Assembly: GCA_022605425.2 (NCBI GenBank)
Contig: CM061248.1
Location: 1,240,001-1,304,000 of the forward strand
DNA from: Hamiltosporidium tvaerminnensis FI-OER-3-3
Lineage: Eukaryota > Fungi > Microsporidia
DNA: 64,000 bases
Direction of reading: 5' to 3'
Position 1 is the first letter of the stretch. The number at the start of each line of letters is the position of its first letter. A program made the translations under genes and the position numbers. The notes under the pieces are model-generated. The model saw only the letters and a program-made list of their open reading frames with translations. It made no database searches and had not been told where the DNA came from. Shown here piece by piece: positions 1-13,011 of this stretch.

Positions 1-2161
1 GTATATTACACCTCCAAAATATGATTTTTTCAATTTTCTTTAAATTTGCAATAAATATTAAATCTTTTTCAGATATATTTAATTCAACAATCTCCAATCT
101 TTTTATTTGATATTCCTGTAAAACACAAAACAACACCTGAAAAAAAGTATTTTCACAATTAATTCTAAAAATAATTACTTCTTTTAGATTCAATAAATTA
201 CTAAATGCTTTTACAGTTGAACTATCGATAGCAAACTCGACAAAATAAAGTTTCTTTATACTGGTCAGATAATAGTTGCGAAATAAGATTTTAAAAGAGT
301 TTGAAGGTAATTTGTACCTAACATATCTATATTGAGGGTTGTAAAATCATATTTTTTCTTATTTGCTAAAATTTTTAATGAATCAATCATTTCATTTATA
401 TCCCAAAGATATAATTCTATATTATAAAAACTTTGATTTACAAAACTTTTTAACTTCAAAGAATTGTATTTTAGAAACTAAATTTTCTTGAATATCTATT
501 GTCATATCTATTAACATAAATATGGTAAAAATACTTATGCAGATATTTGACGAGAATCTAAAATATTTAATCAATTCGTTTCTAATACAGTTTCCCTTTT
601 AATATATATATTTGAAAAAATTATTTCCAAGCTTTCTAGCCCGTTTAATATTTAAAATATCTCTTAGAAATCAGATTTTATTTCTGAAAATGAAATTTCA
701 ATACACTTTATATTTTCTTCTAAATTGTTTTTCGGGCTATAAAAAACTGTTTCTCATTTAATTTTTCTAAAGTAATTGAAATATTATTAAAAACCCTTTG
801 TACATATAAAAACACTTGACTTGAAGATTATTATTCTTCCTTGAAAATATTCGATGATTCTAAATTTATCTTTAAAGTTATTTTCATTAATTAACTTTAA
901 ATAGAAATATTCATTTCTTTTTGTGTGTTTTTAATTTTTCTTGATAGATTTTTCGATAGAACATTGTTGATATGTATGCTCCAGCTTTTTATTATGTTAT
1001 CAAATATATTCAAATTCCCTTCTTTTATTTCATGAACTTCATATCTTTCATAGTTATTGTTTTCATAAAACATAAATTCCTATATTTACTTAAATTCTTT
1101 GTAAAGGTGAAAATTGTATCTATTTCAGATTTTATAAAAACAATCTTTTTTAAATTTAAGAAATTTAAATTTGCATTTAGAGAACAATTGACGGCATTAA
1201 ATATGTAACACTTAAAGAATACAATCTCATCAATCTTTTTTTTATATTTTCCAAAATAAAATAAAAACTCTTCGAATTCATTTTGTCTATATTATGAATG
1301 TGTAAATACGTTAGATGTAATGTATTTTTAAACAATATAAATAAACTTCGGCTTTTTTGATGCACAGAAAAATTTTTTTAAAAAAATATGTCGTGTTTAG
1401 CATTTATTACTAACGTATGTTTTTTATCTTCCGTAAATAACCCTTTATGTTTATCAGAAATATAATATCATGTTCTTTTGAAAAAAACAAAAAATTGGAA
1501 TTTTTTTCGATAATCACTAGTTCGAAATATCCTTGTGATATTTTTTTAAATAAATCATGTGAAAAATAATCTTGCTTTGAAAAATGAAGCAAAACCTTTT
1601 CAATATCGAAATTTATCATTTCATTTGATTCCATTAAAGAACACCAAATATTTTTTACCGCATTCCTCAATTTATTATCATATTTGACTCTAAAATATTC
1701 TAAAAAATACAATATTCTTTAAAACTTTTCAATTGTCATTTTATGTACCGGTAAATAATATGAAATTATAAACTCATAGAATATTATAACATCAGACTTC
1801 TTTATGTGATGACAGAGATATATTTCTATATTATTGTTCATATTGTTAAACTTTTCGAATATATCAAACTTAAGACCAATTCTCTCAATAAATTCTATAT
1901 AATACTGTTCATATTCCTATTTTCATTTAAAATGAACATTTTTTGTAAAAAGTTTTTTTCGTCCTTTTCAATCATATCATATCTTTTGATTTGACATAGA
2001 CATTCGGGTTTAAGTTCATTATTAATTGAAGTTAAGTCCGACTCTTCATTATCATTTACAACATGAAATATCACATCTCTTTCACTTGAATGGTAGATAA
2101 AAATAAAAATCAATGGTTTATAGAATATCATTATGTTACTAAAGCACATTTAAAATTTCAT
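1..2161 (-). pseudogene. Decayed leucine-rich-repeat family gene (family 1), runs off the window start
   Basis: ORF fragments 1895-2149, 1410-1712, 1177-1365 and 265-459 are collinear with 6150-8466 (YKPLIFIFIY, ECLCQIKR, YFLEYFRVKYDNKLRNA, LHFSKQDYFS.DLFKK.SQGYFELV). Multiple stops and frameshifts. Confidence 0.8.
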
Positions 2162-2690
2162 AAATTTTAGAATCAATTCCGTATTTATAGTTTTAAAACC
2201 AATTTACTATTTTGGTTCTTATTAAAATAATTTACACTTAATTCACTAAGAACTAGGTAGCTGTTTATCAAATAGCCTTTTTTTATAATTTTTTAAAATA
2301 TTTAAGAAACTATTAGCACCTTGCTTAGATTAAATAAAAGCAAACATAACTGTTGCTAAATATCAAAATTTATTAATACGACTACATTATTTGAAAATAT
2401 CAGAAGATTTTTTTTGATGTTCGATCGTACTGTGTAATTTAAAAAACAAAGAATTGACTGTTCTTTAGATTTTAGTTAAGCTTTATATTGCTAATTTGAA
2501 AAAAATTAGATTCTTTTATTTCTTCTAGAGTTTCTCTCAATAAAACACCCAAAACCTAGATTATTCTTAGATCAGAACAATTTAGCATTGACTGATAGTC
2601 TTTTGTTTCGTCTGTGTACTTTATTACAAATAATGCAATAAAAAAGTCAAAAAAACCGTTTTTAAATGTAAGAATTACATTGTAATTCTC

Positions 2691-2908
2691 AATGGACAAC
2701 CACATTAAAGACTTCTAGTAAGTAATGAGTGTGTGAAATTGTTGTGAAAATCATTGTTGAAATTTTGGTAGGATATAAACCAAATAGAATCTATAGGCCA
2801 ATCCCCCATAATCCCGGGTTACATTAAATTGAAAGAAGCAATTGGAAATTTTTCATTTAGTATCCTAGACACCGAGAGGTAAAAGAGGAATGGAATAAGT
2901 AAGTATTC
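2691..2908 (+). repeat. Short (~215 bp) variant of the dispersed GGAGGATAACCAC-head family (copy F)
   Basis: Head GGACAACCACATTAAAGACTTCT..AATGAGTGTGTGAAATTG matches the head of 29521/47313. Body and tail (CCGAGAGGTAAAAGAGGAATGGAATAAGTAAGTA) match 15990-16206. Confidence 0.65.
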
Positions 2909-3894
2909 TCAATGGGTATGATTGAAAATCTTCAAAAAAAATTTTAAAAAAAAATCGAACCCATTACTCATATGTGAGTCTACCTATATAAAGAACTAAC
3001 AAGATATTTTTTTCCACCTAAATTTATTTAATGTCGTAATACTATTGGTCCCCTTAATTCATAGGAATTTTTTTCCAACGAATAGAAACCATTAAATATG
3101 GGTTTGAAAAAAAGCTTTTTTTATTTTTCCTAATGAACTTATTTTTTGGATGTTCTAAATAGAAAAGTTTCAAAGAAAGTTTACAATTTTGAATACAAAA
3201 ATGAACTAAAGTCAATAAATTAAAGTAAAATTTTTTATTCTTTTTACAACCTGTTTTTTAAACAAATACTATTTTATCGTTACCATGTTGTTATTATGAA
3301 TATAAGAAGGTTCAAATATTTTCCTCTTAAAACGTTTCGTATGTATTTTCTTAGTCAAAAATACTTTTTGTTCTTTTTATAGGTGTTTATGTATTACCTA
3401 AATTGAAAGCCAATTATTTGCTCTTCTCTGTTTTTTTTTTCACAATTACTTTGCACTGGAAAAGGGGTTTAAATGAAATAAGCAGAAATCCATAATACAT
3501 ATAAAGATAACCTGAAATAAATAACTTATTCGCCCAAATGATTACAATAGATCTAAAACATCTTTTTATAGTTGTTTTCTTAATTTTTTTGCTTGATTCC
3601 GATAAATAAACAATGTAAAAATATAAAAAATATGATGAAAATATAACTAAAAAAATGCAAAAGGAAGAATAGAAAAGGAATATAAGCAGAAAAATACTGC
3701 CTTAAAATGTGTATTTTTAGTGTACAAAAACGTTGTAATGATTTTCTTCATTTCTTTTTCTGAAAAAAAATCTTATATATAAAGAGAAAGATATGATTGC
3801 GAAATTAAATGTGCTATTTCAATCCATATACGTCAAAAAATAAACGTAGTTGTATTTTGTGATTATATTTAACGATTTTTTGAAATATACATTT

Positions 3895-4805
3895 GGTATA
3901 GGGGGTATAAGCACATTAAAATTATCTTTTTATCACAGTATGTTATAAAAGTAAGTAAAATAATCTTTGAATTTCGGTGGGATAAAGCCAGGTAGAATTT
4001 TCGGTATTTTTGTGAAAATTTGTACAAGAAGATGTTTGTTTAAAAAAGAAGAAGTTTTCTACAAAGAAATTGTTTATTTAACCAGATTACATACCGCGGC
4101 TAACCTTATAGGCATTTTCTATTGTAAAGCAAGGAACCCTAGTCTTGCTTACTCGGGCCGAATGACACACGTCAGGGAGATATAAAAATAAAAGATTTGA
4201 CCTTGAGACAGCAAAGTAGCTTCACTCGTGTTATGGCATGTGTAACATCTAGTTAAAACTAATGTGAGTCCCGAATATTTATCTTATGTGGAAATAAATC
4301 TAGTCCAGAAGTTGGAATAAGTGGACATGTTCTGGTCTATGTGAAGGTTTGTGTGAGTGTGGAAGGGGGGGGGGGGGGGTTCAATCTGTGATTACGCCCT
4401 AGGAGCGAATATTAACCACTTCTGTGATCAACTTCATGAAAAAATGTGCCAAAAAAGTCCCTCGGATTTTTACTAAAATATTTATCTTGACCATCCGTAA
4501 GATTTTCTCGAAGATGTTTCAAGCAAATCATTGTGAGGGAAATAGTTGTCCTAAATGTAGTAAGAAAAATCACTGCTTGGCCGAACTGTATTCGGGTAAC
4601 TCGCATAAATGGTAACGAAACTTTATAATTTTAAACTATTTAATAATTAAAGACTTGTAGATAAAAATCTTTTTGTAGTGGGTATCTTCGGATGTATAAA
4701 TTAAGTATTAAATGAGTACTTATTTATGTTAAACCTGAAACCCCTGCATTTCATGAAAATAAAATAACATTTTCCGCTGTTCTAATAAGAACTCATATTT
4801 TTAAA
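3895..4805 (+). repeat. Diverged full-length copy of the ~700-bp dispersed family (copy E)
   Basis: Collinear matches to 29521-30246: head, ACCAGATTACATACCGCGGCT, CCTAGTCTTGCTTACTCGGG, and tail TTATTTATGTTAAACCTGAAAC..TCATGAAAATAAAATAACA. G-run expanded at ~4365-4379. Confidence 0.75.
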
Positions 4806-6149
4806 ATTGAACATTTAGTATTAAGATATAAAACCGATGAAATCAAATAGATTCGCTGAGTCTTTTTTGGCCAGATAAATTAATTTACAGACCATGTTGA
4901 TCCTTAATAAAAATTAAAATTAAAGAAACAAAAGTATCTTATTATAATATCATATACTTCTTGTAAGCTCTTTATGTAATCTTTAAAAATCTTCTTTGGG
5001 GTTTTTTAAAATTTTCAACTTTTTTTAGTTTCTATTAGATTAATTTTCGTAACAAAATGATCCATTCATTCCAAAAAAATTACTTAGATAGAGAGACATA
5101 GAATTTTTGAGCTGCACTTACGCAGAAACTTATACTGAAGATCCAAATATTTTCAAAAAGAATATGGTATTAATATAAGAAATGTTTTATGTTACAATGA
5201 GTTGCTATCGAAAATATTTTTTTATTTTATTTTTAGATGTTCTAATACATTTTTTTGATTTTTTTGGTAGTTTCTAATCGTATGTTACCTTTAATTTCAC
5301 CTGAAGATTTTCGAAACGCTAATAAACGCATTTAAAAATCAAATTAACATGAACAAATTTTTACTTCTCGAATACATGCACCTAATAACACTTAAAATCT
5401 TGCAAATATGAATAAGCTCAAGAGATGTAATCAGTGAAGTTTACAAGTTTATAATGTATGCATCTGTTTGCGTATGAAAAAACACTTATAATATAGAATA
5501 AAAAAGGGGGAATCCAAACCAAAAAAATGAGTCACTATAACAAAAAATGAAATTAAAATTTGCTTTAAAAATATATTTGGTGTATTTTTTATTGACTTAT
5601 TTTATTCATTTGTTAAATTTACGTTTTGCGAGCAAAAAATAGATAATCTTACATTTAATAACTGTTTTTTTAGTTTTTATATAAATTTATTTGTAATAAA
5701 GTTCACAAGAACAGAAATATCTGTCAATCAATGAAATATCATTCTGATGTTAAGAATATATTAATTTTGTTATTTTTCTTGAGAGAAATTCTAGTAAGGT
5801 AAATGAATCTAAAGTTTTAAGTAATTAGTAATATAAAGCTTAGCTAAAATGTAAAGAACTGTCAATAATTTCTTTCAACTACAAAGAACAATCGAACATC
5901 AAAAGAAATATTTTTATATTTTCAAAAGATTTAGTCATATTTAATATAATTTTATATTTGGAAATTCTAACACTTGTTTATACTATTAGCCTTTCAGTTT
6001 TTTATAATTATACAATATTTTATAGAATTTTAATAAATAATGATATATGGATTCATTCTTTTTGAAAGATTCTTAGAATTTTTTTAACTAAAAACTAAAG
6101 TAGTAAATTGATTTGAAAAATATAAATACGGATTTTTTTTTCAAAATTT

Positions 6150-8466
6150 ATGAAATTTAATCTGTGCTTCCATCTCATAACGTTATTATACAAACCACTT
6201 ATTTTTGTGTTTATCTATTATTTGATTGAAAGAGATATTATACTTAATGTTGTAAATGAAAATGAAGAGTCTTTCATAGCTCCAATTATAAAAAAAATGA
6301 AACTCGAATGTCTATGTCAAATCAAAAGAGATAAGGCTAATGCAAATTACGAAAAAAACTGTTTGGAAAGAATGTATGTCAGAGATTCAAATAGGCAATA
6401 TGAACAGTATTATATAGAATTTATTGAGAGAATTGGTCTTAAGTTTATTATATTTGAAAAATTTAACAAAATGAATAATAATATAGAAATATATCTCTGT
6501 CATCATATAAAGAAGTCTGATTTTGTAATATTCTATGAGTTTTTAATTTCATATTATTTACCGGTATATAAAATGACAATTGAGAAGTTTTACACAGTAT
6601 TGTATTTTTTAGAATATTTTAGAGTCAAGTATGATAATAAATTGAGGAATGCGATAAAAATAATTTGGTTTTCTTTGGTGAAATCTAATGAAATGATAAA
6701 TTTTAATATTGAAAAGGTATCGTTGCATTTTTCAAAGCAAGACTATTTTTCATATGATTTATTCAAAAAAAATTCACAGGGATATTTTGAACTAGTGAAT
6801 TACAAACTGGAGAAAACGAATTATTTTTCAAAAAAGAAGATGAATATAGTATTCTTAATGAATTTGGAAGTTTGTATACTGAAGATAGAAAATATATGTT
6901 AGTAATAGACAGCAGATTTAATTCATTTTTCGACAAAAAGGTTACTAGAAATCATAAAGGTCAAAGTATGTTTTTAATGTTTCTAAATACAGTAGATATA
7001 AAATATTTGCATATAAATAATTTGGAAAAAAACGAATTCGAAGAGTTTTTGTTTTATTTTGAAAAATATAAAAAAAAAGATTGATGAGATTGTATTCAAA
7101 AAATGTTACATATCTGATGAAGTCATTTGTTCCCTAAATGCAAATATAAATTTAGAAAATTTAGAAAAGATTGTTTTTCTAAAATCTAAAATTGATACAA
7201 GTCTTATTTTTTCTGATTTTTTAATCAAAATTAACGAGTTTTTATTTTATGAATACAGTCATTCAGAAAGCCTATATAAAGTCTCTGAAATCAAAGAAGG
7301 AAATTTTAATATGGTTGAAAACCTAATTAAAAATGAAAAACATCCATATCAAAAATCAAACCTACAAGAATCAATTCGTGAAAATAATAAAATGTCAAGA
7401 ACAAATAAAAAGTTTTATTTTAAGTTATTTAGCAAAGATAAATTTAAGAATAAAGTTAAAATCTGTGAATCTCTATGTGCAGCCTCTTATAATCTCAAAT
7501 TCAAGTGTTTTTATGAATATAACGGGTGTTTAATTAATGTTTCAATTGATTTAGAAAGCTTGCATTTAAAACAATTTACAATCAGAGATACAATTACAGA
7601 AAACAATATTAAGAAAATTGTAATTAGTATTTCAAAAATGACCTCTGGTTTTCTGAAAGATCTTCTTAATATTAATGGGCTAGAAAGCTTAGAATTATAT
7701 AATGCAGATATATTAGAGATCAATGAAACTTACATAAACGATTCAATCAAATATTTTAGTTTTCAGCTTAAACCGGGTAATAATTTAAAAATATTTTTTA
7801 AATTAATAGATATGATGATAGGTCTACAAGAAATATCATTCATATCGTTCAATAACTTAACCCTTAACCGTTCTGCGAATCAATTTTTTTCAATGACAGA
7901 ATTGCATCTTTTTAATATGGATAAGATGATGATTTCATAAGACTTTCAGAAAATTCTATAAATTTGAACTTTACAGCTTCTAAAAAGATATGTTGGATTC
8001 TGAAGATTCTTCATATTCACTTAAGTTTTTATTAAAAAATTCTGATTTAAGCAGTATTGAAAATCTATCTCTAAATGATTTTTCTGTGGATGAATCGTAT
8101 TCAGAAGTCTTAAGTAATTTTTCAATTTAAAAGAATTAGATATTTATAGAATGAATTTTCAGAATATATTTTTTTCGGATCTTTTTTGTGCAGCCCAAGA
8201 ATATAAAATTAAAAAATGTTTGCTCGAATATGTTGATTATTCGAAAAAGATTTGATTTTTTTTACAAATTTAAAGAAAATTAAAGAACTCACGTTTTCTA
8301 ATAGTACAATTTATATGAGTCTTACGTTAATATAGATATTTTGTTTGTGAATAAATATTATATCAAACTCAAATGTCATGAAGTATATGATATCTTATCC
8401 ATAGAGACAATCAAAATTATAAGAAAAGCATTTAAGCCGAAATATGTCGAAATAAAGTCGCGTTAG
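6150..8466 (+). pseudogene. Frameshifted leucine-rich-repeat family gene (family 1) with hydrophobic N-terminus
   Basis: Consecutive overlapping ORFs 6150-6902, 6872-7084, 7059-7940 plus downstream fragments. LxxLxL units (LENLEKIVF, LESLELYNA, LQEISFISF). N-terminal hydrophobic stretch. Confidence 0.8.
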
Positions 8467-8916
8467 GTTTTTTATATATAAATAAAGTCTTATTTATTAT
8501 AATTATATTTAAATTCTTAGTCACAAATTTTCGATACATTCAATTATTTTTTGCTACTGGCTTTTATTTCGAGTTCCCCAGCAAAAATCAGAAGTACATA
8601 CACTGAATATATCAATATTATGATTTTGAATAGTTTTAAAGGTTGTTATTTTGCTTAGAAAAAGATTGTAATTCAATTTGAATAGAAATTAAACCTGTAT
8701 TTAGGTGTTTCCCTAGAGATTTTATTTGAGATGGAAAAGTTGTCAGCTCAACATAAACCTTTATTTTTCGAATGAAAAGAAGATTAATGGCCTAGCATAA
8801 AAACAGCCGATCCGGAAAAATCTCCGATATCCTGACCAATAATCATTAGCAGAAATTAGAATATGTATTTTTTTCTAAGTTATAAAAATATAAATTTTAG
8901 ATAATTAAATAGTAGA

Positions 8917-9610
8917 ACAAGGATAATTACATTAGAAAAATATCGCCTTATATAATAATATATAGATTTTATGTGGCAATACATGTTTATATTTTCGGTA
9001 GAATTACAACTTCATAATATTTTCGGTCGTTCTATGGAAAATATAATATAGGAAAAGGTGTCAGTCAAATATTTGCATTTTTTCTGACAAACTAGCCGAA
9101 TTTTTACAAACCTAGATTTAAAGCCACGATTTATCTTTTGATAATCGCAAACTACAAGTATAAGAAACTAGTTTTGCTCAATCGATTTGAAGACTAGGTA
9201 TTCTAGCATACGAATTTATCTCATTTAAAGGACCAATTGTGCAATGTAATAAGACTCACATATTAATAGGACTATTCTACGTCTAGAAAGATCTCATAAA
9301 AGTATCTGAGATTAAGCTTTGCCAGAGCAGTATGCGGTTCGAAAATTTTATAGTCGATGGAAGCTGCTGGCATAGGAAGAAGCGCCAAAAAGCGGGTCCG
9401 ATGTCGAGTACCATGATAGGTAATAAACAATAACAAGTTTTAAGTATCTTTCTTGCCTTATATTGTTTTTTACAAGTTCTTCAGACGGGATTTTTGCGAA
9501 ATCTAGTATCAAATATGAGAGGGATCAATTGCTTAATTAACAACACCTCATGTTAACTCAAAACTGCAGTAATACAATGAAAATAGATTATAAATGCAAA
9601 TCTTTGAAAA
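8917..9610 (+). repeat. Highly diverged full-length copy of the ~700-bp dispersed family (copy H)
   Basis: AAGGATAATTACATT head; TTTTCGGTAGAATTACAAC..TTCGGTCGTTCTATGG; TATGCGGTTCGAAAA and GTCCGATGTCGAG shared with copy C; tail ATGTTAACTCAAAACTGCAGTAATACAATGAAAA. Confidence 0.65.
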
Positions 9611-10997
9611 TTTGAGATTTCTCACTAAATTTCAGAGGCTTTCTTTGGATAAAACATAAATGTATTTTTTAATATTCAAGATAAGGGGATCTTTATGCTT
9701 TTTCTTGCAATTAACGATGATGAGAATTATTAATAAATCATTAAAAGGTTTCGAAAACCTCTATTTAATATATTTTTTGCCTCATGTTTTTATAAAAGGA
9801 ATCTTTTTTTATAAAATTTACTAAATTTAACCTAAACATGTTTTTTATTTAGATCTTTGTGTTTTATTTGCTTCATGAAGCTTTTAAAAATTTGTTAATT
9901 TTTCTAAAATACTCAAATGTGTTATAATCCGTTAACATTTAGAAATATAGACTAAAATGAAGCAAGCATATACTCTTTGCCTCATACACACTATCATATA
10001 AATTTATATATGGTTTTTATCGTTATCATTTTATTATGACGTCTTTTAATTTTATACGCTAGATACCTGCTATGATTGCTAGCATCTTTATATTAAAATT
10101 TTATTTGTTTTAGAACTAAAAAGATCAAGCTTTAAACACCAAAATGAATGGAAGCAATACATTATAATGCTAAATTCTTTTGTGCTCAAAAAAACATGTT
10201 TTATGATATTTAGCCACAATCAGGCTGTATCCACCAAAACTTATGCTATGTGTGAGAGAATTTGGTTTCAAATAAACTCAAAAATAACGCAAAAGCAGTA
10301 AACCCACAATTATGGAAAATTAATACCCTTTTTGCAGCTTTAGATATATGTTTTTCGCAATATATTACGTTTCTAGCTACTTATTCACATGATATAATTA
10401 AAATCTAAATAGTTTAATATTATTTTTGCGCTTCGCTTGATAATTTGATTATGACATAGGCATTGTGAAATTAGAGCAAATACTTCGAATTTATTCCAAC
10501 GGTAACGATGTAATCGAAATATTTATGATTCGTTTTTAACAAAAAAAATACTTACTTATGAGTTGCTTTTTAATCTACACTTTCTTAAAAACTTTACTCG
10601 ATAAAATTATGAAGAAAAGCATGTTTGAGATTTTCCAATTTTTAATATTTTCTATAATTAATTGTCACGGTCCTTAGTGCCCTCGATATTTCCAATACAG
10701 TTTACTTATCGATAAACCCCTTTATATATAATCAATATTGTTACTTGTATTATATTTCTATTCTAGAATTTCCAAGTTATTTCGTATCTAGTCTAGCTTC
10801 TATTGCTCCTATAATATTTGTATATGAATATGGTGGGGTTATAATCCTGCATTTAAGCCATTAACACGCAATATATACCAATAATATCAATGCGAAGTTT
10901 TACGCTTGCTATTGTTTGATATTATAGACTTAGTAAATGTTTTAAAATGTAATAACATGTTATAAGGAAACAATTTCTGTGCAAATTACTCTTAACA

Positions 10998-12440
10998 ATG
11001 AATAAATTTACAAAAATAATATTTTTCTTTAATTCCTATTTTTTTGATTTTTGGTTTACTATTAGCAAAAAAATAATCATGGGAATGCCAAGGGATTGTA
11101 ATTGGCCAAAACAAGGAAGAAAAAGATATTTTAGTGACTTTTTGAAGACTGCTCAGTATTCAGCTAACATCACTAAACAACAAAAAAGCCTTTTAAGAAG
11201 AAAGTCAAATCAATTCAAAATGCTTGGAGACGATCTTTACTTCGAAAAGCCTGAAAGAATCCCGAAGGTTGTTTTTGAATTCGAAGAGATTCTAATTCGA
11301 CATATTACTGAGACAGAATATTCTGTAGCGCATTGTGGGATTAATAAAATGATCGCATTAATTAGTGAAAAATATTATAGAATTCCTAAGGCATGCATAA
11401 TTGAATCTGTAAAAGCATGTGAAGCATGCAGTAAATTCAATAATTTGAAAACAATTTAGCCAATTTATATAAACAATATTGCAAAAAAGTATGATTTATT
11501 TATGATCGATCTTGTAGATCTTAGAAGATACGCTGATCAAAATGAAGGGTGTTGTTATATTGTAAACGTAATCGACACTTGTAAAAAACATCCAAAGGGG
11601 TTTAAGCTTATTAACAAGACTTCACAGTCGTAAAAGATTCATTAAAACTTCATTAATAATTTTGTCTTACAGTAGCGATTCGATCTATAAAGGTAAAGAA
11701 TTTAAAAATGAATTGCTGGAAAATACTTAACTGCTCTTAAAATTCAAATAATATATGGCACCACATAATCCAAAGACACAGCGGCAAATTGAACAAATGA
11801 ATCAAGCATTAAAAGATAGTTAAACAAAAAAATTATATGTTACTGGTACAAAAAGATGGATCGGTCTTCAAATTTATGTTATATACGCTTTTTATAGAAC
11901 AATCCATGATGCCTCAAATAAATCATCATTTCAACATTTTAATGGTCAACCTGGATTTATAATCTTCTTTCTGGTAGTATAGTGACGGAGGAACTAAAAT
12001 ATAATTTAGTATTTGTTGACGAAATTAGTTCTAATGTATTAACATCAAGAAAAAATGATCCAGAATATACACAGAGGAATTTAGAGATTGCCTCTGAATT
12101 ATATAATGAATTCAATGAGCCTATATATCTTGCATCACCTTCAACAACTACAGCTTCTGAAATTGATAAGAATATAGAAAATAATACGAAAGTATGCAAA
12201 AATTTTGCGAAAATATTAAAAAAGAATTATAGAAATATAAGAATCAAATAGAACAATAAGAATTCTTATTATACGTAGTAAAGTTTTGATAAAAAAAGGA
12301 TTTTGATATAAATACAAAGACTAAACGCGATTCGTTTGAGTTTTTTTATGATGATTCTGTCTTTACAGTAACAAATATTTTTATTACTACTATGTCAGAA
12401 TTATAAAACGTTAATGCTAAAAAAAGAACTGTTTAAAAAG
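10998..12440 (+). pseudogene. Integrase/transposase (zinc-binding domain + rve core), disrupted
   Basis: HCGINKM..EKYY.IP..CEAC zinc-binding domain. After the stop: FMIDLVDLRRYADQNEGCCYIVNVIDT (first catalytic D), a GKEFKN segment, and a QRQIEQMNQALK segment (catalytic E region). Several stops and frameshifts. Confidence 0.8.
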
Positions 12441-12517
12441 CGTAATAAAGCGGATTTAATTTTTTTTTTCTTTTTTTTTTAAATATGTATTATTTTTACA
12501 ATAAGAAATGTCAAGAT

Positions 12518-12621
12518 TTTATTTAATAAAATTCTGGGTTAAAATATTTTTACCATTTTTATCTGTTTTCTTCTACCTCTTTAACCACTTCTGTCTCTTC
12601 TTCCAAATCCGACTATTCATT
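12518..12621 (-). mobile_element. Extremely 5'-truncated (~104 bp) R4-like non-LTR retrotransposon insertion nested in the Ginger-like element
   Basis: Reverse complement matches the 3' end at 57177-57282 (GAGTCGGATTTGGAAGAAGAGAC...AACCCAGAATTTTATTAAATAAA). Flanked by AGAAATGT(C/T)AAGAT at 12504-12517 and 12622-12635. Confidence 0.9.
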
Positions 12622-13011
12622 AGAAATGTTAAGATATAAGGAAATGGTTTTATTTTTGAAATTGATTACGATAAAAAATTTTGGAGGGAAAAATAAAATT
12701 AAAAGTATATAAATAAATTTTGACTTGACCTCTATTATACTTAGAAACAAAATACCTCATATTTTAATTTGGGATTGTTAAACATGAATGAATGGAAAAT
12801 AAAAGGGGCTATAAATTTACTGAAAATAAAAGGTGGGCGTATTAGAAACAACGGGGACACAAAGAACATGGGGGGAATTATGGACCGCGACAATTAATAC
12901 AATTAAATAATCGATGGATATTATCATTTTGTACAAAAAAGTAATATAAATAAAAATGCATTTCGAGCTCAAGTGTATAACAAACAGACAAGTTATAAAA
13001 GATCAAGTACT

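Larger units (their letters stand above)
10663..12892 (+). mobile_element. Decayed Ginger/GIN-like DNA transposon (retroviral-type DDE integrase) with terminal inverted repeats
   Basis: Left end TGTCACGGTCCTTAGTGCCCTC versus reverse complement of right end TGTCGCGGTCCATAATTCCCCC (17/22 identical). ATTAAT on both flanks (10657-10662, 12893-12898). Internal integrase pseudogene. Confidence 0.75.

Noticed and set aside
9323-9345. Group II intron domain V or Pol III B-box resemblance (GAGCAGTATGCGGTTCGAAAA)
   Set aside because: Mid-element position, no complementary 3' arm, and not conserved in copies A and B. No tRNA cloverleaf was found.
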